Source: Thermoplasmata archaeon
Lineage (GTDB): Archaea; Thermoplasmatota; Thermoplasmata; Lutacidiplasmatales; UBA184
Assembly: GCA_022750335.1 (NCBI GenBank)
Contig: JAKIVX010000003.1
Location: 18,840-82,839 of the forward strand
Length of the DNA stretch: 64,000 nucleotides
Direction of reading: 5' to 3'
Position numbers and translations under genes: made by a program. The first letter of the stretch is position 1. Each line of letters starts with the position of its first letter. The notes below the pieces were generated by a model. That model had not been told where the DNA came from. It saw only the letters and a list, made by a program, of their open reading frames with translations, and made no database searches. This document shows positions 10,398-18,921 of the stretch, piece by piece.

Positions 10398-10421
10398 GCC
10401 GCCCCACCCGGTGTTTTGACC

Positions 10422-10556
10422 ATGTTCCGCTGCATCCGGTGCCAGGAAGCGCTGCCTTCCGACGCGAACCTGTTCGGCGTCCGCTGCGACAACTGCGGAG
10501 GCAAGATCTTCACGAAGGAACACCCCAACGTGAAGAAGGTCCTCAAGGCCCGCTAG
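10422..10556 (+). CDS. rpoP: DNA-directed RNA polymerase subunit P (Rpo12)
   Basis: 44-aa ORF, too short for the supplied ORF track: MFRCIRCQEALPSDANLFGVRCDNCGGKIFTKEHPNVKKVLKAR. CxxC...CxxC zinc ribbon and C-terminal 'VKKVLKAR' match archaeal RpoP. Canonical position after rpl37ae. Confidence 0.85.
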   Translation: MFRCIRCQEALPSDANLFGVRCDNCGGKIFTKEHPNVKKVLKAR

Positions 10557-10603
10557 CGCGCCGACCGGAAGTCCTCTAATCCCGCGCGCCCGTCCGCGGA
10601 GCC

Positions 10604-11971
10604 GTGAGCGGACCCACCGTTCGGTTCCTGGGTGGCGTCCGCGAGATCGGGGGGAACAAGATCCTCATCGAGGACGGGCCCGACCGCGTCCTGTTCGACT
10701 TCGGGCCCTCGTTCTCCCCGCGGGTCGAGGAGTTCTACCGGGACTACCTCCAGCCCCGCTCGACCTCGAAGGCGAAGGACCTGCTCGAATTCGACCTGCT
10801 GCCGAGGGTCCCGGGACTCTACTCGAAAGAGGCGCTCTCGGATTCCGACCTCGAGTACACCGAGCCGCAGGTCCACGCCCTCTTCGTCAGCCATGCCCAC
10901 GCCGATCACGCGGGCTACCTCGAGCTGGTCGACCCGAGCATCCCCATCCACGTGGGCGAGGGAACCCGAGCGCTCCTCGGCGCGATCGAGACCTCGACCC
11001 GGATGAAGTACGGGACCCATCCGTGGAAGGTCTTCGCGGACCGCGCGCCGATCCGGGTCGGGGGCATCGAGGTGGTCCCGTTCCCGGTCGACCATTCCAT
11101 CCCGTTCGCCTACGGTTTCCTGGTCCGCACGGGAGGCGGGACCCTCGCCTACTCCGGCGACTTCCGTCACCACGGGCCGCGGGCCGCCGACACGCACGCG
11201 TTCTTCGACGCGGTCGCGCACGAAGGCGTGGACGCGCTCCTCATCGAGGGGACGCGCGCCGGGCCGGACCCGAGGCGGAACTTGTCGGAGGAAGGCGTCC
11301 GTCGGGGGGTCGACCGGGTGCTCGCCGACGAACGGGGGCTCGCCTTCGCCTGCACCTACCCCCGGGACCTCGACCGCCTCGCGACCCTCTACGCGGGGGC
11401 CGTCGCCGCCGACCGCGAGCTGGTCGTCTCGGTCCGGACCGCCCACCTCCTCACCCAGATCGCGCCCCGGTTCCCGAGGGGGACGCTGCCCATTCCGGGA
11501 ACGAGCCCCGGCGTCCGGGTCTACGCCCGAAAGAAGTTGACCACCCAGCTCTGGGAACGGCCGTACCTCGACGGAGCCCTGTCGGCGACCGACGTCCGTG
11601 CGGACGGTGCGCGCTTCCTGCTCTCGCTCGAGTTGAGCCATTTCGCGGAACTCATCGACCTGCGCCCCCCCAAGGGCAGTCCGTTCATCCACTCGATGAG
11701 CGAGCCGTTCAGCGAGGACGACGTCGATGCGCACGTCATGCACAACTGGCTGAAGCACTTCGGCCTCACGTTCCACCAGATGCACGCGAGCGGCCACGCC
11801 TCCGGCCCCGAGCTCCTCGAGATCATCCGCGCGACCGGCGCCGCGACGGTCTACCCGATCCACACGATCCATCCGGAGGCCCTCGAAGCCGCGGGTCCGT
11901 CGGTCCGTCTCCCCGAACTCGGTTCGACCTATCCTCTCGCCCACCGTCCGGGCCCCCGGCGCGGCCGCTAG
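10604..11971 (+). CDS. MBL-fold beta-CASP ribonuclease, archaeal RNase J-like
   Basis: 'VREIGGNKILIE', 'SHAHADHAG' (HxHxDH), 'DHS', 'GDFR', C-terminal 'HASGHA' histidine motif. ~455 aa, as for archaeal RNase J. Confidence 0.7.
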   Translation: MSGPTVRFLGGVREIGGNKILIEDGPDRVLFDFGPSFSPRVEEFYRDYLQPRSTSKAKDLLEFDLLPRVPGLYSKEALSDSDLEYTEPQVHALFVSHAHADHAGYLELVDPSIPIHVGEGTRALLGAIETSTRMKYGTHPWKVFADRAPIRVGGIEVVPFPVDHSIPFAYGFLVRTGGGTLAYSGDFRHHGPRAADTHAFFDAVAHEGVDALLIEGTRAGPDPRRNLSEEGVRRGVDRVLADERGLAFACTYPRDLDRLATLYAGAVAADRELVVSVRTAHLLTQIAPRFPRGTLPIPGTSPGVRVYARKKLTTQLWERPYLDGALSATDVRADGARFLLSLELSHFAELIDLRPPKGSPFIHSMSEPFSEDDVDAHVMHNWLKHFGLTFHQMHASGHASGPELLEIIRATGAATVYPIHTIHPEALEAAGPSVRLPELGSTYPLAHRPGPRRGR

Positions 11972-11977
11972 ATTAAC

Positions 11978-12691
11978 GTGCTCACCGACTCTCGGCGTCC
12001 GATGGGTGCGGACCGCCTTCCGACCGGGATCGCCTCGGTCGACCGGCTCCTGGGCGGAGGACTCGAGACCGATTCGGTCACGGAGGTCTACGGGGAGGGA
12101 GGGAGCGGCAAGACCCTCTTCTGTCTCGACGTCGCGCACCGGGTCGCCCAGGAGGGACGATGGGTGTTCTACATCGACACCGAGGGCGTGAGCGTCGACC
12201 GGCTGCGGTCGATCGCGGGCGCGAACCTGGAAAAGCTGCTCAAACGGTTCCTCCTCTCGACGCCGAAAGACCTGGAGGAGCAGACCGACGCCGTCCGGAC
12301 CGCGTGCGCCCTCGCCCGCGAGGGTCGCCGGCCGGTCGGCCTGCTCGTGGTCGACTCGGCGACCGCCTACTATCGACTCTCGCTCTCGGGCCCCGACGAG
12401 GACGACGCGCGCCAGGCGCTCTCGCTCGAGATCTCCGACCTGGTCGTGACGGCGATGCGGGCCCACGTGGCCGTGCTCGTCACGAACCAGGTCTGGCGCA
12501 GCATCCGGGACGGGACCCTCGAGCCCGTCGGGGGCTCGTTCCTCAACCACGCCGCGAAGACGATCCTGTTCTTCGAGCGACTTCCCGGACCGCGACGCCG
12601 GGCGATCCTCAAGAAGCATCGCGACCGGCCGGAGGGGTCGGCCGACTTCCGGATCACGGACCAGGGCCTCGACGGCGGGTCCTCGGCCTGA
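11978..12691 (+). CDS. radB: DNA repair and recombination protein RadB
   Basis: GTG start. 'IASVDRLLGGGLETDSVTEVYGEGGSGKT' (Walker A) and 'LLVVDS' (Walker B). RadA-paralog size (237 aa). Confidence 0.8.
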   Translation: MLTDSRRPMGADRLPTGIASVDRLLGGGLETDSVTEVYGEGGSGKTLFCLDVAHRVAQEGRWVFYIDTEGVSVDRLRSIAGANLEKLLKRFLLSTPKDLEEQTDAVRTACALAREGRRPVGLLVVDSATAYYRLSLSGPDEDDARQALSLEISDLVVTAMRAHVAVLVTNQVWRSIRDGTLEPVGGSFLNHAAKTILFFERLPGPRRRAILKKHRDRPEGSADFRITDQGLDGGSSA

Positions 12692-12692
12692 T

Positions 12693-14831
12693 TCAGCTTT
12701 CCGGCCCTGGCGGCTCCGCGGCCGTCGGCGGGGACTGGCGACGCCGATAGACCATCACGACGCCGCTGATGGCGGCTACGAGCACGATCCCGACTAGGAG
12801 CCAGCCCCACGGGGGCACTCCCGAGGAGGTGGTGGTCGTGTTCGTGACGGGTGGAGTGATGGAGTGAGAAGCGACCGTGACGGTCACGGAGGCGTTCGCT
12901 TCGAGGCCGTAGAGGTCGCGAACCGTGACATGGACGACGTAGGTGTCGGCCGTTGCGTAGAGGTGAGCGGGCGCCGCACCGTATCCTTGGGCCCCGTCCC
13001 CGAAGGTCCATGTCAGGTTGTATGGTGTCGTTCCGCCCGTGACGGTCACGTTGAAGTCGGCCTTGCCCCCCGCGTAGACCGTGCCGGTAACGGTGGGAGT
13101 ACCCGCGGAGAGGGCGGCCGGGGCGACGGGGAGGGAGAGCGTCCCTTGCAAGGTGGCTCCTGCCGCGTCGCGTACCGTCACGTTCACGGCCGCGGTCCCC
13201 GCATTCTCGAATGTGTGGGTCGGCGTGGTTCCGAAGGCGACCCCGCCATCGCCAAACGTCCAGGTCAGATTGTAGGGAGTCTCGCCGTCCGTTACGTTGA
13301 CCGCAAACCCGACCGAGAGTCCGGGCCAAGCCTCGCGGACGGACGCGGTCACGGGACTGATCAGTAGCGGGCTGGCTTGCACCGAGTAGGAAATCTCCCA
13401 GCCGGCCGTGAAGTTCGTGGAGTCCGTGACCCCGACGATCACCTCGAAGGTCCCCAGCGTCGCAAAGGCATGCGCGACGACCAGGTCGGACCCGTACGTC
13501 CCATCTCCGAACGACCAGTTCACCGTGTAGGGAGCGAGGCCTCCGAAGATCGACGTGTTGAATTGGACCGGTGTGCCGACCTCACCGGGCGCGACGCTCG
13601 AGGCGATGGGTGAGATGGAAAGATTCTCGTACCAGGCCCAGCTGTCCCCGAGCGGGGTTGGGAATCCGTACCCTCCGAAGAAGTAGATCGCGTTCAGGTC
13701 CGGGTCGAACACCGCGGCGGGCATGGCGCGCGCCCCCGGGGAAAGCGTCGGTTGGACCTCGATCCAAGTTCCGTTGAAATACCAGGTATCCGCGTCCACC
13801 CCCTGCGACAGGTCGGCGGATGTGTAGAAGCCGCCGAACAGAACGATCGATCCTACGTTCGGATCATACACGAACATCGACCCGTCCCTCGGAGAGGGGG
13901 CCGACGGGAGGGTAAGTTCTGACCAAGCGCCGTGGGAGAACTCCCAGGTGTCGTTGAAATCGGGGTCTCCGTAGTTCGGGAAGCCGCCGAACAGGACCGC
14001 CGCATCCAACCTTGGGTCCCAGGTCAGCATCGCACGAGCGCGGGGCGCGGGGGCCTGAGGGGTGGTCACCTGGGTCCAACCAGCGGCGGTGAAAAGCCAA
14101 GTGTCGTTCAACGACACGGTCCCGGCCCCGTTGTCCCCCCCGAACAGAAGGACGGAGGAATCGGCGACGTCATACGTCATCATGGTGCGGGCCCGACCCG
14201 GAGGCCCACCGGCGTGGGTCACATTGGTCCACGTTCCATTCGAAAACTCGTAGGTCACCGAAAAGCCGGAGACGTCCCCGTAGGCGACCACCACTCCCAG
14301 GGCGGGATCGTAGACCATCCCGGCCACGAACGGCGGATTCGGACCGGAAGTGGTGGTGATGTTCGTCCAGGTGGAATTGGCGAGGGACCACGTCTGCGCG
14401 GGGATGGCCGGACCGTTGGTCCCGCCAGAAAGGAGCACGGACCGCGAGGAGGGGTCGTAGGTGATGCCCGCCAGCCAGCGCGGCGACGGTGGGTTGGAAA
14501 CGTTTAGGCTGGTCCAAGTCGAGTTGTTCCCGAGCGGCGGCGAACCACTGGGAGTGTTCGAGGCCGGTGCCGGCGCGGAGGTGGCCCGGGTTCCGACTGC
14601 CGACCCGCTCGCTCCGGTAGGAAACAGGGAGACCATCACGAGGCCGGCGACAATGACAATCAACCCCATCCCGACCGCTTGCCGTACTGTTCCGCTGCGC
14701 GCCATTCCAGGTCCCCGAGCCCGAACCAAGTCCCGAGGGATAATCACTCCGGATTTTCGGTGCAACGGAGATAAGGCATCGACTGTTGGCGAGCCCATGG
14801 CCGACCCCATCGAGGTCGCCGACGTCTCCAC
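12693..14831 (-). CDS. Surface-anchored Kelch-repeat beta-propeller protein with three PKD domains
   Basis: N-terminal hydrophobic segment, about six Kelch-like blades (…YDPxxxxVLLFGG…), three PKD-type repeats (YTVNWSFGDG, YNLTWTFGDG x2) and a C-terminal TM helix followed by RRRQSPP. Many N-x-S/T sequons. Confidence 0.8.
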   Translation of the reverse strand: METSATSMGSAMGSPTVDALSPLHRKSGVIIPRDLVRARGPGMARSGTVRQAVGMGLIVIVAGLVMVSLFPTGASGSAVGTRATSAPAPASNTPSGSPPLGNNSTWTSLNVSNPPSPRWLAGITYDPSSRSVLLSGGTNGPAIPAQTWSLANSTWTNITTTSGPNPPFVAGMVYDPALGVVVAYGDVSGFSVTYEFSNGTWTNVTHAGGPPGRARTMMTYDVADSSVLLFGGDNGAGTVSLNDTWLFTAAGWTQVTTPQAPAPRARAMLTWDPRLDAAVLFGGFPNYGDPDFNDTWEFSHGAWSELTLPSAPSPRDGSMFVYDPNVGSIVLFGGFYTSADLSQGVDADTWYFNGTWIEVQPTLSPGARAMPAAVFDPDLNAIYFFGGYGFPTPLGDSWAWYENLSISPIASSVAPGEVGTPVQFNTSIFGGLAPYTVNWSFGDGTYGSDLVVAHAFATLGTFEVIVGVTDSTNFTAGWEISYSVQASPLLISPVTASVREAWPGLSVGFAVNVTDGETPYNLTWTFGDGGVAFGTTPTHTFENAGTAAVNVTVRDAAGATLQGTLSLPVAPAALSAGTPTVTGTVYAGGKADFNVTVTGGTTPYNLTWTFGDGAQGYGAAPAHLYATADTYVVHVTVRDLYGLEANASVTVTVASHSITPPVTNTTTTSSGVPPWGWLLVGIVLVAAISGVVMVYRRRQSPPTAAEPPGPES

Positions 14832-15402
14832 ACCGATCGGCGTGTTCCGGATTGTCTATCAAGGTCACCACGTCCGGGTCCTCGACCTGCTCGAAAACGG
14901 GGTGCGCCAGACGGGCGTTCCGCCCGGAGCGGTTCGAAAGAAGCCTCCGTTCCCGGCGGGCTCTCCTCCGCGTCAACTGGCTGAGTACTTCCGCGGGTCG
15001 CGGACGGAATTCGCGCTCGACGTAGACCCCGACACCGCCTCTGCCTTCGACCGGGGGATCTGGAAACTCCTCCGCGAGGTCAATGCCGGCCACACCGTCA
15101 CCTACGGAGAGCTCGCCCGACGGGCCGGGTTCCCCGGTTCGGCCCGTGCGGTCGGTGGCGCGATGGCACGCAACCCGATCCCGATCATCATCCCGTGCCA
15201 CCGGGTCGTCGGCCAGGGCGGCGCGATCACCGGCTTCGGACTGGGCCTGTGGCGCAAGCGATGGCTCCTCGATCATGAGGGCTCCTGGCCGCTCCGGTCC
15301 CGCTCGGCCGAGGGACCGAGCCATCGGGACCAGCGGACGTTGGACGGGTCACGGGCCGGCGGTCGGCGCGCCCCCATAGCTACTACAGCCGGTAGTAACT
15401 GA
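14797..15402 (+). CDS. ogt: Methylated-DNA--protein-cysteine methyltransferase
   Basis: 'TYGELARRAGFPGSARAVGGAMARNPIPIIIPCHRVV' with the active-site PCHR motif. Start trimmed to ATG 14797 (MADPIEV). ~40-aa C-terminal extension beyond the usual '...LLDHEG' end. Confidence 0.85.
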   Translation: MADPIEVADVSTPIGVFRIVYQGHHVRVLDLLENGVRQTGVPPGAVRKKPPFPAGSPPRQLAEYFRGSRTEFALDVDPDTASAFDRGIWKLLREVNAGHTVTYGELARRAGFPGSARAVGGAMARNPIPIIIPCHRVVGQGGAITGFGLGLWRKRWLLDHEGSWPLRSRSAEGPSHRDQRTLDGSRAGGRRAPIATTAGSN

Positions 15403-15465
15403 AACGTTTGAACTTACTACAGCCGTAGTACCTTACCTCGGCAATCCTACTACGGTCGTAGTAGG
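15381..15465. repeat. Array of three TACTAC-N4/5-GTAGTA palindromes spaced ~33 bp apart
   Basis: tactacAGCCGgtagta (15381-15397), tactacAGCCgtagta (15415-15430), cctactacGGTCgtagtagg (15446-15465). Lies in the convergent gap between ogt (stop 15402) and EF-2 (stop 15539). Locally AT-richer than the flanks. Confidence 0.6.
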
Positions 15466-15538
15466 TTATGACTCGTGCTACCCCGGTCCGAAGTAACAGG
15501 GGACACGAATCCTTGGAGGGTGGTCCGGCGAATCGGGC

Positions 15539-17740
15539 TTACCCGGAGTAGTAGGCCGCGTCGTACGGTTCCGGTTTGAGCCCGCGGCGTTGGCGGATCT
15601 CCGCCACGACGTTCTTCTGGAGCTCGGTCGGCACCGGCTCGAACCCCATCGACTCCGTCGACCAGAGGACCTTGCCGGCGGTGGCGCTGCGAATGTCGGA
15701 CGCGAACCCGAACATCTCGGCGACGGGCACCTTGGCGATGATCGTCTGCAAGTCCCCGACGCTCGTCATGTCGAGGATCTCGCCACGACGGCGCTGGAGT
15801 TCGCGGGTCGAAGGGGCCAGGACCTCCTGGGGGACGTTGACGGTGACCTTTTGGAACGGCTCGAGCAGCATGCGGTCTCCCAGGACCATCGCGCCGTAGA
15901 TGCCGCTTCGCGCCGCGGGGATCGTTTGGGCGGGTCCGCGGTGGATCGAATCCTCGTGCAGCTTCGCATCGACGAGCCGGATCTTGAGGCCGTAGACCTT
16001 CTCGTTCGCGAGCGGTCCGCGGTTGACCGCCTCTTTGAAGGCATCCACCACCAGGTCCATCGTCTCGTTGAGGTTCTGGATCCCCTTCGTCACATCGAAC
16101 AGGATGTTCGTGCCGTCAACCGCCACGATTCCACGGCCCTCGTCGCGCGAGACTCCCAGGCTTTCCAGCTTCGTGACGAGCAACTTCGTGTCCTTGAACG
16201 ACTTGCCCTGGGGGATCTCGCCTTCCCGGAGGGCCTCGACGACTCCCTGCGGGAGGGCCTCGACCTCGAAGTAGAACTTGTTGTGCTTGTTGGGGGACTT
16301 GCCCTCGAAGGGGCCCCCGGGGTGGCGGACCAACTCCCGGTAGACGACGATCGGCTTCGACGCCTCGATCTCGACCTTGTAGTCGTTGATGATGCGGTAC
16401 TGCGTGATCTCGAGGTGGAGCTCGCCCATGCCCGAGAGCAGGTGCTCGCCCGTCTCCTGGTTGATCTCGACCCGAAGGCTCGCGTCCTCCTTCGCGATCT
16501 TACGCATCGTCTCGATGAGCTTCGGCAGGTCGGCCATCCGCTTCGGCTCGATCGCGACCGTCACCACCGGCTCGGAGACGTGCCGGATCTCCTCGAAAGG
16601 GGCCATGTCCTGGATGGTCGACATGGTCGTTCCGGCGAACGCGTCCGTGAGGCCGATGACCGCGGCGATGTTGCCGGCCTGGACCTCGTCGACCATGAGG
16701 CGTTCGGGACCCATGAACAGCGACACGTGCTGGACGCGGTTCTTGATCTTGGTTCCGACGATCGAGAGTTCCATCCCCTTCGCGATCTTGCCGGAGAAGA
16801 CGCGGCCTGTCGCGATCTCCCCCGCGCTCGGGTCCATCGTGATGTCCGTGACCATGAACGAGGTGGGGCCCGTCGCATCGGTAGCCGCCATCGCGATGCC
16901 GACCGCGCTCGTGGTGTCGCCCTTCCAGATGTTCGGGATGCGGTACTTTTGCGCTTGGCGGGGGTTGGGGAGATGGCGGATGACCATGTCGAAGATCACG
17001 TCGTTGATCTTCGCCTTTTGCGCTATCTCCTTGGTTCGGCCGGTCGTCACGTACTCGATGATGTCCGGAAACTTCACGCCAGTCTTTTGCATGTAAGGCA
17101 CGCTGATCGCCCAGTTGTCGTAGCCGGAGCCGAAGGCGACCGACCCATCCCTCGGGTCGACGCTCCATTCGTCCACGAACTCGTCGGGCGCCATCTTACG
17201 GATGAGCTCGTTGACCTCCGTGATGATCGCGCCGAACCGCTTCTGGAGGGCGTCGCTCGTCAGCTGGAGTTCCTTGATGGCACGGTCGACCTTGTTGATG
17301 AACAGGATTGGCTTGACCTTCTCCCGGAGCGCCTGGCGGAGCACGGTCTCGGTCTGGGCCATGACCCCCTCGACCGCGCAGACGACGACGACCGCCCCGT
17401 CGACCGCGCGCATGGCCCGGGTGACGTCACCGCCAAAGTCGACGTGGCCCGGCGTGTCGATGAGGTTGATGAGGTAATTCTCGTTGTTGAATTCGTGGAC
17501 GATCGTGACGTCCGCGTTGTTGATCGTGAGGAGGCGCGCCTGTTCCTGTTCGTCAAAATTGAGGTAGAGCTGCTTGCCCGCGAGCTCGTTCGAGATCATC
17601 CCGGCGGCGGCCAGGAGGTTGTCGCTGAGCGTGGTCTTGCCGTGGTGAATGTGGGCGACAATCCCGATGTTCCGGATACGGTCGGTATTCCGCATCATCT
17701 CGGGGATGGCCTTCGCCAACTCGGCCCGAATGTGCGTCAT
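15539..17740 (-). CDS. fusA: Elongation factor 2 (aEF-2)
   Basis: 'IRNIGIVAHIHHGKTTLSDNLL' G1 motif, 'DTPGHVDF', diphthamide-region 'HEDSIHRGPAQ'. 733 aa. Confidence 0.97.
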   Translation of the reverse strand: MTHIRAELAKAIPEMMRNTDRIRNIGIVAHIHHGKTTLSDNLLAAAGMISNELAGKQLYLNFDEQEQARLLTINNADVTIVHEFNNENYLINLIDTPGHVDFGGDVTRAMRAVDGAVVVVCAVEGVMAQTETVLRQALREKVKPILFINKVDRAIKELQLTSDALQKRFGAIITEVNELIRKMAPDEFVDEWSVDPRDGSVAFGSGYDNWAISVPYMQKTGVKFPDIIEYVTTGRTKEIAQKAKINDVIFDMVIRHLPNPRQAQKYRIPNIWKGDTTSAVGIAMAATDATGPTSFMVTDITMDPSAGEIATGRVFSGKIAKGMELSIVGTKIKNRVQHVSLFMGPERLMVDEVQAGNIAAVIGLTDAFAGTTMSTIQDMAPFEEIRHVSEPVVTVAIEPKRMADLPKLIETMRKIAKEDASLRVEINQETGEHLLSGMGELHLEITQYRIINDYKVEIEASKPIVVYRELVRHPGGPFEGKSPNKHNKFYFEVEALPQGVVEALREGEIPQGKSFKDTKLLVTKLESLGVSRDEGRGIVAVDGTNILFDVTKGIQNLNETMDLVVDAFKEAVNRGPLANEKVYGLKIRLVDAKLHEDSIHRGPAQTIPAARSGIYGAMVLGDRMLLEPFQKVTVNVPQEVLAPSTRELQRRRGEILDMTSVGDLQTIIAKVPVAEMFGFASDIRSATAGKVLWSTESMGFEPVPTELQKNVVAEIRQRRGLKPEPYDAAYYSG

Positions 17741-17762
17741 GTCTTGGCTCTCCTACCGGTCC

Positions 17763-18425
17763 CTAGCGTGCCGACTGGGCGACCCGCTCAACCTCTTCCT
17801 TGCGCCCGACCGCGAACGACGATTGGTCGCCCTTGGCGGCGAGACGGATCTCGTCGGCGAGACAGGTGGAAATGTGCTTGGTGGACTTGTGCGAAGCCTG
17901 GATGGCGCCGACCGCGATGTTCCGGATCGCGACGTTGAGCCGGCGGGCGGGGGAGGCGTCCACCGCGCGCGGGACCGAGATGCCGCCGAACTGAAGACGA
18001 GTGACCTCTTCCCGGGGAGCGGCATTCTCGACCGCGTCCACAAGGAGCTGGAGGGGGTTCTGCCCTTCCTTGGCGTATACCTCGTCGAAGGCTTTTCGAA
18101 TCGTGGACAGGGCTTTCGATTTCTTGCCGGTGAACTTGCCGCCTTTCATCAGCATGTTCGCGAGCCGCTCGACGAGGTGCATGCGGCTCTTCATGAACGG
18201 ACGGCCGGCGAGGCGCCCCTCCGTGTGCGGCGCGTACACTGGGTGTAGGTAGAGGTAGGGCATGAGGCCGGGGTCGTGGACCGTGATCCCCTCGAACGAG
18301 TACTTCCCGAAGAGCGGCGGGAGCGGGAACGGCGGGGGCGGAGGGGCCTCGGGGCGGACGATGACGGGGCCCGCGTCTTCGACCGGAGGTTCGGCGCTGA
18401 AACCAGAGTCGCGCGATCCGCTCAT
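17763..18425 (-). CDS. rps7: 30S ribosomal protein S7
   Basis: '[17 protein letters not shown]...[10 protein letters not shown]...[14 protein letters not shown]...RVAQSAR'. Preceded by a ~36-aa Pro-rich N-terminal extension. Start overlaps the S12 stop (ATGA). Confidence 0.93.
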   Translation of the reverse strand: MSGSRDSGFSAEPPVEDAGPVIVRPEAPPPPPFPLPPLFGKYSFEGITVHDPGLMPYLYLHPVYAPHTEGRLAGRPFMKSRMHLVERLANMLMKGGKFTGKKSKALSTIRKAFDEVYAKEGQNPLQLLVDAVENAAPREEVTRLQFGGISVPRAVDASPARRLNVAIRNIAVGAIQASHKSTKHISTCLADEIRLAAKGDQSSFAVGRKEEVERVAQSAR

Positions 18426-18856
18426 CGGGCCGGCTTCTCCTTGCGTCCGCGGACGAGCTCGTCGAGCGAGACGCTGTTGACCTGGATCACCTTGTACCGC
18501 ACGCCGGGAATGTCGCCGTACGACCGCCCCATGCGGCCCCCAATCCCCTCGACGAGGACCTCGTCGTGCTCATCGATGAAGTTGATGGCACCGTCCCCCA
18601 CGGCGAACGCCGTGACCTGACGGCCATTCTTGATCAGTTGAACCTTCACGCACTTGCGGATGGCGGAGTTAGGCTGCTTGGCCTCGACTCCGACCTTTTC
18701 GATGACGATCCCCCGAGCCTGGGGCGCCCCTTCGAGGGGGTCCGATCGCTCCTTCAGGTGCAAGGTGCGCCGCTTGTAGTACCGGTCCGACCAGCGTCGG
18801 CGCTGGCGGAGGGCCGCGAGGCGACCTGCTGTGTTGATACCAGAGGGCGGTGACAT
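18422..18856 (-). CDS. rps12: 30S ribosomal protein S12
   Basis: '[40 protein letters not shown]...[10 protein letters not shown]'. Confidence 0.95.
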   Translation of the reverse strand: MSPPSGINTAGRLAALRQRRRWSDRYYKRRTLHLKERSDPLEGAPQARGIVIEKVGVEAKQPNSAIRKCVKVQLIKNGRQVTAFAVGDGAINFIDEHDEVLVEGIGGRMGRSYGDIPGVRYKVIQVNSVSLDELVRGRKEKPAR

Positions 18857-18889
18857 CTTAGCCGAAGGGGCCGAGCCACTGGGTCCCGC

Positions 18890-18897
18890 TATTTAAG
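18890..18897. promoter_or_regulatory. Putative shared (bidirectional) TATA element between the S12 operon and udg
   Basis: 'cgcTATTTAAGgtc' is the only AT-rich element in the 50-nt divergent gap. It lies ~37 nt from the S12 ATG (18856) and ~29 nt from ATG 18922 on the other strand. Confidence 0.5.
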
Positions 18898-18921
18898 GTC
18901 CGTGCCGTGCTCGACTCGCGC

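Noticed and set aside
10553-12619. 688-aa minus-strand ORF opposite the RNase J-like and radB genes
   Set aside because: Antisense shadow ORF with low-complexity R/G/E/D composition. The plus-strand genes carry clear catalytic motifs.
15403-15538. Possible C/D-box or H/ACA small RNA in the ogt/EF-2 gap
   Set aside because: There is no RUGAUGA/CUGA box pair on either strand. The hairpins (16-20 nt) are far too small for H/ACA pseudouridylation pockets and lack ACA boxes at the right distance.
15468-15551. 27-codon ORF (MTRATPVRSNRGHESLEGGPANRAYPE) starting right after the third palindrome
   Set aside because: It is very short, overlaps the EF-2 stop and has no supporting signal. It is mentioned only as context for the palindrome finding.
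15590-17938. 782-aa ORF on the plus strand spanning the EF-2/S7 region
   Set aside because: It is exactly antisense to unmistakable EF-2 and S7 genes. The sequence is R/D/E/L/G/V-rich 'shadow' translation typical of GC-rich DNA with few stop codons.
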